63,122 nucleotides of DNA from Bacillota bacterium (GTDB lineage Bacteria > Bacillota > Clostridia > Acetivibrionales > DUMC01): assembly GCA_013314855.1 (NCBI GenBank), contig JABUEW010000003.1, positions 1-63,122 of the forward strand, given 5' to 3'. Shown here piece by piece: positions 57,011-63,122 of this stretch. The notes under the pieces were generated by a model, which was not told the DNA's origin, ran no database searches, and worked only from the letters and a program-made list of their open reading frames with translations. How positions within the stretch are numbered: the stretch's first letter is position 1; each line of letters opens with the position of its first letter. The position numbers and the translations under genes are program-made.

Positions 57011-58831
57011 ATGGCGAATCCGGAAAGCATTAAACTAAATCCACCCCAGAACAGATTAAGGGGTACACTTCCAAAGGTAGGCATACGTCCTACTATTGAT
57101 GGGAGGCGCAAAGGTGTAAGAGAATCTTTGGAAGAACAAACAATGAATATGGCAAAAGCTGCAGCAAAGTTAATTACTGAGAATTTAAGGCATCCAAACG
57201 GTATGCCGGTAGAGTGCGTTATTGCTGATGCTTGTGTAGGGGGAGTAGCTGAAGCAGCAATGGCTGCAGAGAAATTTGAAAGAGAAGGAGTAGGGGTATC
57301 ATTGACCGTTACGCCCTGCTGGTGTTATGGTTCGGAAACCATGGATATGAATCCCTATACTCCGAAAGCCGTATGGGGGTTCAATGGTACGGAGCGACCG
57401 GGTGCGGTATATCTCGCCGCAGTGTTGGCTGCCCATAACCAGAAAGGACTGCCTGCATTCAGTATTTATGGCAGGGATGTACAGGACAAGAATGATACAA
57501 GTATTCCTAAAGATGTGCAAGAGAAGATACTTAAGTTTGTTAAAGCAGGGCTTGCAGTTGCTGAAATGCGCGGCAAATCTTATCTTTCCATTGGATCGGT
57601 TTCCATGGGAATTGCAGGTTCTATAGTAGATGCAGACTTTTTCCAGAACTATCTTGGAATGAGAAATGAATACGTTGACATGAGCGAGTTTATTAGAAGA
57701 GTAGATGAAGAAATATACGATAAAGAGGAATTCCGGAAGGCATTAAAGTGGGTTAAGGAAAATTGCAAAGAGGGTCCTGATAATAACCCTCCTGAAATTC
57801 AACGTTCCAGGGAACAGAAAGACAAAGATTGGGAAATAAGCATAAAAATGGCAATAATTGCTAGAGACCTTATGATAGGAAATACAAAGCTTGCTGAAAT
57901 AGGTTATGGTGAAGAAGCCCTTGGCCATAATGCAATTGCAGCGGGGTTCCAGGGTCAAAGGCAATGGACTGATCATTTTCCCAATGGGGACTTTATGGAA
58001 GCTATACTTAATTCTTCCTTTGATTGGAATGGTATAAGACAGCCCTTTATACTTGCTACTGAAAATGATAGCTTAAATGGTGTAGCTATGTTGTTTGGGC
58101 ACCTTCTTACCAATACTGCCCAAGTATTTGCCGATGTGAGGACTTATTGGAGTCCTGAAGCTATTGAAAGGGTTACAGGGATTAAGCCTTCAGGATTAGC
58201 AGAAAATGGCTTAATCCACCTAATAAATTCCGGTGCAGCTGCATTGGACGGAAGCGGAGAGCAAACTAAAGACGGCAAACCTGTCATGAAACCTTTCTGG
58301 GAGATAACCCCTGAAGAAGCCGCAAAATGCCTGGACGCTACATTATGGAGACCTGCAAGTGTCGGGTATTTCAGGGGAGGAGGATTTTCATCGGACTTCC
58401 TTACAAGAGGAGGAATGCCCATAACAATGTCAAGAGTAAATATAATAAAAGGCCTGGGCCCTGTACTCCAGATAGCTGAGGGTTATTCTGTCGGATTGCC
58501 CGAGAAAATGCACGAAATACTTGATAACCGCACAGACCCGACCTGGCCTACAACCTGGTTTACACCAATACTTACAGGGAAAGGTGCCTTTAAAGATGTT
58601 TATTCGGTAATGGCCAACTGGGGAGCAAACCATGGCGCATTCAGCTATGGACACATCGGTGCCGAACTTATAACCCTGGCATCCATGTTAAGGATTCCCG
58701 TATGTATGCATAATGTTTCAGAGGATAAGATTTTCAGGCCCAGTGCATGGTCCGCCTTTGGAACTAATGACCTTGAGGGCGCAGATTACAGGGCATGCAT
58801 TAACTTTGGTCCCCTGTACGGTAAAAAATAA
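57011..58831 (+). CDS. fucI: L-fucose isomerase
   Basis: [29 protein letters not shown] is the characteristic FucI N-terminus, and the length fits at ~600 aa. Confidence 0.9.
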   Translation: MANPESIKLNPPQNRLRGTLPKVGIRPTIDGRRKGVRESLEEQTMNMAKAAAKLITENLRHPNGMPVECVIADACVGGVAEAAMAAEKFEREGVGVSLTVTPCWCYGSETMDMNPYTPKAVWGFNGTERPGAVYLAAVLAAHNQKGLPAFSIYGRDVQDKNDTSIPKDVQEKILKFVKAGLAVAEMRGKSYLSIGSVSMGIAGSIVDADFFQNYLGMRNEYVDMSEFIRRVDEEIYDKEEFRKALKWVKENCKEGPDNNPPEIQRSREQKDKDWEISIKMAIIARDLMIGNTKLAEIGYGEEALGHNAIAAGFQGQRQWTDHFPNGDFMEAILNSSFDWNGIRQPFILATENDSLNGVAMLFGHLLTNTAQVFADVRTYWSPEAIERVTGIKPSGLAENGLIHLINSGAAALDGSGEQTKDGKPVMKPFWEITPEEAAKCLDATLWRPASVGYFRGGGFSSDFLTRGGMPITMSRVNIIKGLGPVLQIAEGYSVGLPEKMHEILDNRTDPTWPTTWFTPILTGKGAFKDVYSVMANWGANHGAFSYGHIGAELITLASMLRIPVCMHNVSEDKIFRPSAWSAFGTNDLEGADYRACINFGPLYGKK

Positions 58832-58888
58832 CCCTATACAGTAGTAAATTGTATGTTTCCTGTAATAATAATTTAATCCAAATTTAAT

Positions 58889-58925
58889 CCGGGGATTTTT
58901 CTTTTACCCTGGGTTTTTCTTTTTT
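58889..58925 (+). terminator. Weak intrinsic terminator after fucI
   Basis: ccgggg...ccctgg forms a 6-bp stem (one G-U pair) followed by gtttttcttttttatt. Confidence 0.3.
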
Positions 58926-59109
58926 ATTACGAAAATATATATACGAAAATATAATATAAATAAAAATTATATAATTAAGTAGGTATTAATTATGTATTGT
59001 TTTATGGTATAATTTTGTTGTCCAAATATGGTTTTAAGTAAGCGAATTCGTTTTGCTCAAGGATTCGTAGAAGTAAATTTTGTACTAATGCTTATTCCGG
59101 AGGCAAACA

Positions 59110-59823
59110 ATGGTGTATGCTTCAATTAATGATAGAGTAGAAAAAATAAAGGGTAATGAGGAAGAAATCAACAGATTTGTTGAGGAGTACAAACCATTTA
59201 TTGCATCATGTACGGAGAAATTTATTGGGAAATATGTAACATATGGGGAAAGTGACGAGCTTAGTATAGCCCTCATTGCCTTTGTTGAAAGTATAGAGTC
59301 TTTTGATTCATCTAAAGGTAATTTCCTGTCTTTTGCACAAAGCGTGATTAGAAAACGGCTAATAGATTTTTACAGGAAAGAAAAAAAACATATGAATGTA
59401 ATATCTTTAAATGGGCACTATATTGAAGAAAGTGAAGAAGAAATCGATTTTAGTGTAGAAGAGGCATTGAACAAATACAATATTGATGAAGTTAGTGAAT
59501 ATAGGAGGCTGGAGATAGAAGAACTTAAAAAGGAACTACTACAATGGAATATTACGTTTAAGGATTTGGTGCAGGCTTCCCCGAAACACTCAGATACCAG
59601 GGAAATATGCAGGAAAATAATAAAGCTGGTAATTTCAAAACCTGAACTTGTAAAGCGTATTAAAGTTAAGAAATATCTTCCTATTGTAGAAATAGAAAAG
59701 AATCTAAAAATATCCCGTAAAAAAATCGAAAGACTTCGAAAATATATAATAGCTGCGGTTGTTATAATTACAGGAGATTATCAGTACATAAGAGAATATG
59801 TAAGGGATTATATACAGGGGTAA
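59110..59823 (+). CDS. sigI: RNA polymerase sigma factor SigI
   Basis: N-terminus ...EEINRFVEEYKPFI...SDELSIALIAFVESIESFDSSKGNFLSFAQSVIRKRLIDFYRKE is typical of SigI. It is followed immediately by an RsgI-type gene. Confidence 0.85.
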   Translation: MVYASINDRVEKIKGNEEEINRFVEEYKPFIASCTEKFIGKYVTYGESDELSIALIAFVESIESFDSSKGNFLSFAQSVIRKRLIDFYRKEKKHMNVISLNGHYIEESEEEIDFSVEEALNKYNIDEVSEYRRLEIEELKKELLQWNITFKDLVQASPKHSDTREICRKIIKLVISKPELVKRIKVKKYLPIVEIEKNLKISRKKIERLRKYIIAAVVIITGDYQYIREYVRDYIQG

Positions 59824-59842
59824 GTCATGATGGGTGATGTTT

Positions 59843-60988
59843 ATGAAAGCTTTAGTGGTAGAAGTTACAAGTAAATACGCAATTGTATTAAAAAGCGATG
59901 GTGAATTTGTAAGAATCTCGAGAGTTAAGGATAATAAGGATAAAGAGCTTAAAGTTGGATATGAGATTGACCTTTCTCAGTGGGAGAAAACTAATAGAGA
60001 TATTAATAAAAATGCATTAGTTACTTCTGTTATGAGAAAGGCAGCATCTATAGCTGCTATATTCTTAGTGGTTTTTTGTTTTAGCTATGGTGTTTACAGT
60101 TATTACAAACCATATACCTATATCAGTGTAGACATAAATCCCAGCGTGGAAATTACATCCAATATGTTTGACAGGATTATAAATATTGAAGGTATTAATG
60201 AGGACGGTAAAAAAATTGTCTCCCAAAAGGAGTATAAAAATAAAAATATAAGGGATGGTATTGAAGATATAATAGGAAACGCAGTTAAAGCAGGATATAT
60301 TAAGCCTGATTATGAAAATGTAGTATTGTTAACTATTTCAAGCAGAGATGAAAGAAAATTTGATAAGCTGGAAAAAGATATACAAGAAGTTGTAAGTGAA
60401 GAGATTATTGCAACCGGAATTGACACAAGTGTTTATATTGAGAAGGTAGAAATGAATAAGCATGATGATGCAAAAGTAATGGGTATATCGCCGGGAAAAT
60501 ATTTATTACTTGAAAAGTTAAAGGAGAGTGACCCCCAAATTGAATATGAGGATTGGAAAGACGAACCTGTAAAGGAGATAATGAAATCTATTATTGATAA
60601 GAGAAAAGAGGAGATATTTAGAAACAAGCTTGAAAAAATGCAGGAAAAGGAAGAGCAGGAAAAGGAAGGGCAGGAAAAGGAAGAGAAGAGCGAGGGGAAA
60701 GGGAAGAGAATGGAAGAAGAAACAGTTAAAACAGAAGAGGAAATAAAAGTGGATGTGGATAAGGGCAACGCTAAAGGGAAAGAAGATAAAGATGATGAAA
60801 ATGATAGGGTTGAAAATGAAAATAACAGTAATAACAATAATGAAAGTAAGAATAAAGAAGATAAAGAGAATAGTGAAATCAAAAATGAGAACATGAACAA
60901 ATCCGATAAGGAAAATATAAAAAGAGGCAAAGAGGTCAAGGAAGGAAATAATAAAAAAGAGGGGAATAATAAAAATAAAAGTAAATAA
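59843..60988 (+). CDS. rsgI: Anti-sigma-I factor RsgI with a low-complexity C-terminus
   Basis: RsgI_N-type start MKALVVEVTSKYAIVLKSDGEFVRI, a single TM, an extracytoplasmic module beginning YISVDINPSVEI, then a ~130-aa K/E/N-rich tail (from ~60596). Confidence 0.8.
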   Translation: MKALVVEVTSKYAIVLKSDGEFVRISRVKDNKDKELKVGYEIDLSQWEKTNRDINKNALVTSVMRKAASIAAIFLVVFCFSYGVYSYYKPYTYISVDINPSVEITSNMFDRIINIEGINEDGKKIVSQKEYKNKNIRDGIEDIIGNAVKAGYIKPDYENVVLLTISSRDERKFDKLEKDIQEVVSEEIIATGIDTSVYIEKVEMNKHDDAKVMGISPGKYLLLEKLKESDPQIEYEDWKDEPVKEIMKSIIDKRKEEIFRNKLEKMQEKEEQEKEGQEKEEKSEGKGKRMEEETVKTEEEIKVDVDKGNAKGKEDKDDENDRVENENNSNNNNESKNKEDKENSEIKNENMNKSDKENIKRGKEVKEGNNKKEGNNKNKSK

Positions 60989-61122
60989 AGATAAAGAAAC
61001 AATAAATAGTTATTTACATTAATATTACAAACTTTACATTAATGTTACATTTTGGAAATACACTGGAAAGTTAGAGGCCAGTTTCGAATAAATATAACAA
61101 AAGGGAGAGGAGGCTTTTATCT

Positions 61123-62601
61123 ATGAAAAAAGTAGTAAAAATTTTAAGCGTTGTTTTAGTAATGGCTCTTATTTTAACTTCCGGTGTGACTGTTGCATTC
61201 GCAGACAGCTGGAAGAAATCCGGTGAATCTTTTTGTATGAAGGAAATTGAAAAACTAAAGAAAGAGTATAAAAAAAATAAAATTCCCGTTGTAATTAAGT
61301 ATGGGAAATTTCTTATTCCAACAAGACCTTTAGAAAAAGCACTTGGGGTTGATTTGGAATGGGATGAGGAAGAAAAAATTCTAACTATAGAGAAAGGTAA
61401 AACTACTATAGTAATAAACTTGGAAAGCGGAGATATAAAAGTCAATGGTAATAAGGTAGATTTAGGGAAATATGGTTGGACAAATAATAAAGGCAGGTTT
61501 GTACCAATAAGTCTTATATCTAAGATATTAAGAGACAGGTTGGGAATAGATGAGGATGACAAAGATGAAGATGAAGACGAGAAGGAAGATGAGGATGAAG
61601 ATGAGGATGAAGATGAATATAAAACAGAAAAAATTACAATTATTAATGACAATGTAACCGGTACCGGAAAAGGACAGTTCGAATATGTCGGCGACTGGAA
61701 ATATGGGGAACAATCGGGAGCCTATAACGGGGATAATCATTGGTCTAATACGGAGAATAATTACTTTCTTTTCAGATTTACCGGTAATCAAATCAGGTTA
61801 TATGGTGCAAAGGCTGATACTCATGGAATAGCAGCCGTGTCTATTGATGGAGGCAGTGAAGTTCTTATTGATTACTATGCAGCGGAAAGAACAGATAATG
61901 CGTTACTGTATATCAGTCCGGAGCTTCAAGACGGCGACCATGTTCTTAAAGTTAGGGTAACAGGTGCAAAAAACAGTAACGCAAAGGATTACTATGTAAC
62001 TGTAGATAGGATAGAAATAGTTGAACTGGTTAAACGGCAGGGAGCTTTAGAAGGTGTTGTTAATAATGCACCGGCTTCTGTAAACTTAAGTCTTCAGGGT
62101 AAAATTGATTGGGTCCATTGGGGATTTAATGGAGTTTCAGCAGTTAACAGGAAAGTAACTAATAAAGCTACACCTGACATTAGTAATTATACGAAAATAG
62201 GGAATGGAACCCTTTCTTGGGTTTCAAGTAATCCTGTTAAATATTCATGGACTGATGGGGCCCCAACACCCACAGTAATAAATACTACCTCAGCCATTTA
62301 TATGTCTAATGTGGGAAGTGGTTTTCAGTTTACAGTACCTGCAGATACGAAAGAAAAGGTATTAAAGATATATGTTGCTGCATGGGATGCCACAGGTACC
62401 ATTGAGGCAGTGTTAAGTGATGGTAGTGCAGCACCCTATACCGTTGATATTGTTTCCGATTCAGGTATTACTTGTAAAGTTGTTACAATAAGGTATAAGG
62501 CTGAATCCGTAGGGGAAAAGCTAACTATAAAATATACTGTAAAAAGCACTAAAGGCAGCAATATCAATAATATAAGCCTGCAAGCAGCCACGTTGAGTTA
62601 A
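61123..62601 (+). CDS. Secreted protein: copper-amine-oxidase-N-like domain + acidic linker + two beta-sandwich/CBM-like domains
   Basis: Signal peptide ...VAFA|DS, then ...FLIPTRPLEKALGVDLEWDEEEKILTI...RFVPISLISKIL, a D/E linker (61549-61617), then W.YG....H.S...FRF.G..I.LYG....HG...VSIDG...LKVRV. Domain names are inferred. Confidence 0.65.
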   Translation: MKKVVKILSVVLVMALILTSGVTVAFADSWKKSGESFCMKEIEKLKKEYKKNKIPVVIKYGKFLIPTRPLEKALGVDLEWDEEEKILTIEKGKTTIVINLESGDIKVNGNKVDLGKYGWTNNKGRFVPISLISKILRDRLGIDEDDKDEDEDEKEDEDEDEDEDEYKTEKITIINDNVTGTGKGQFEYVGDWKYGEQSGAYNGDNHWSNTENNYFLFRFTGNQIRLYGAKADTHGIAAVSIDGGSEVLIDYYAAERTDNALLYISPELQDGDHVLKVRVTGAKNSNAKDYYVTVDRIEIVELVKRQGALEGVVNNAPASVNLSLQGKIDWVHWGFNGVSAVNRKVTNKATPDISNYTKIGNGTLSWVSSNPVKYSWTDGAPTPTVINTTSAIYMSNVGSGFQFTVPADTKEKVLKIYVAAWDATGTIEAVLSDGSAAPYTVDIVSDSGITCKVVTIRYKAESVGEKLTIKYTVKSTKGSNINNISLQAATLS

Positions 62602-62701
62602 CCATTAAATAATAGACAGCCGGACATTCGTTAGACGTTAAAATATACCCTGTAAAGTAAATTAAGAAGGTTATAAGTTCAATTTATGCTTGCATATCAA
62701 G

Positions 62702-62730
62702 GGTTTCAAGGTTTCTTGAAGCCTTTTTTT
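62702..62730 (+). terminator. Intrinsic terminator
   Basis: ggtttcaag / cttgaagcc forms a 9-bp stem (one G-U pair) with loop gttt, followed by T7. It lies between two convergent genes. Confidence 0.5.
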
Positions 62731-62751
62731 ATGCCTACTTTACTTGCAACT

Positions 62752-63122
62752 TTACTTATTGGAATTGTTTATTACGGACTTTAGCAGCTCACTACGTCTG
62801 TTAGCTGCTTCACGTTTCATCTGTTCGTTTACATGTCCATATTTATCAAGAGTGGTTGAAATGTTTTCATGGCCTAAATCGTTTTGGAGTGTTTTTATAT
62901 CGGTACCGGCCTGTAAGCTTAACAAAGCAAAGGTATGCCTTAAATCGTGTATTCTTATCTTTTCAAGTCTTGCTCGTTTTAATATACCTTTCAAAGTTCT
63001 GTCAAAGTTCCTCGGTTGAACATGGTTTCCTGTTTCCGTTATGAATACAAGGCCGTTTTTAAAATGTTCTGCAATTTGTATATCATTCATGCCTAAATTC
63101 CTTAATTCTATTTCCTGTATGC
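62752..63122 (-). CDS. Tyrosine integrase, C-terminal part (5' end lies beyond the window)
   Basis: RIHDLRHTFALLSLQAG...LGHENISTTLDKYGHV carries the HxxR, His and Tyr boxes. The frame stays open to the window edge. Confidence 0.8.
   Translation of the reverse strand, partial: IQEIELRNLGMNDIQIAEHFKNGLVFITETGNHVQPRNFDRTLKGILKRARLEKIRIHDLRHTFALLSLQAGTDIKTLQNDLGHENISTTLDKYGHVNEQMKREAANRRSELLKSVINNSNK

Noticed and set aside
58900-58965. Possible SigI-dependent promoter upstream of sigI (ACCC ... CGAA, plus a duplicated tacgaaaatata).
   Set aside because: The ACCC belongs to the fucI terminator stem. The ACCC-CGAA spacing (~20 nt) is longer than I recall for SigI promoters. I cannot verify the consensus from memory, so it needs 5'-RACE.
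61013-61105. Direct repeat tttacattaat(a/g)ttaca x2 and a cgaata motif upstream of the 492-aa gene, as a possible SigI promoter or operator.
   Set aside because: There is no convincing -35 partner at a plausible distance. AT-rich short repeats are common here. It is left as untested.
60433-61652. Long minus-strand ORFs (189 aa and 193 aa) rich in Ser/Leu/Phe runs.
   Set aside because: They are antisense shadows of the K/E-rich RsgI tail and of the D/E-rich linker gene. Low-complexity GAA/GAT/AAG repeats stay open on the opposite strand.
1-63122. Scan for defence systems, toxin-antitoxin pairs, CRISPR arrays, tRNA/rRNA genes, prophage structural genes and an ABC ATPase component.
   Set aside because: I recognised no nuclease/helicase/ATPase modules, no repeat-spacer arrays and no stable RNA genes. 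The missing ATPase fits CUT1 importers that share a distant MsmX-type ATPase, so it is not treated as anomalous.

Overview
Low-GC Firmicutes/Clostridia-type chromosomal segment (the taxon is an inference from gene content: sigI-rsgI, YesMN-type two-component systems, LplABC-type ABC importers). Most of the window is carbohydrate-utilisation loci separated by mobile-element debris. Locus 1 (0.3-8.9 kb): a YesN/YesM-like two-component system, an LplB/C/A-type ABC importer, an EEP-family enzyme and a PhnP-like MBL phosphoesterase. 9.0-12.9 kb: nested remnants of an IS66-family transposase, three tyrosine recombinases (one intact) and a possible DUF4338 gene fragment. Locus 2 (13.7-26.9 kb): inositol/uronate-like catabolism (PfkB kinase, gluconate-5-dehydrogenase homologue, Gfo/Idh/MocA oxidoreductase, a TIM-barrel::IolB fusion). 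A regulator+ABC cassette sits inside it, bracketed by perfect 77-bp direct repeats. Locus 3 (26.9-43.7 kb): membrane AraC regulator, GH38 alpha-mannosidase, ABC importer, a tandem pair of uncharacterised PHP-fold proteins, a D-2-hydroxyacid dehydrogenase, a GH42-like protein and an M55 peptidase. Locus 4 (43.7-53.3 kb): a decaying paralogous locus with a second PHP-fold pair, TIM-barrel isomerases, several pseudogenes and a 5'-truncated histidine kinase. The remainder: LacI regulator, LysM protein, ytaF, a ~260-bp foldback element, fucI, a sigI-rsgI pair next to a secreted CBM-like protein, and a partial integrase at the window edge. I saw no rRNA, tRNA or CRISPR array, no recognisable defence-system gene set, and no ABC ATPase gene. 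The best candidate for something undescribed is the duplicated two-gene PHP-fold module: one paralogue keeps all the metal ligands and the other is degenerate in the same way in both copies. All homology calls come from motif recognition by eye, not from searches.
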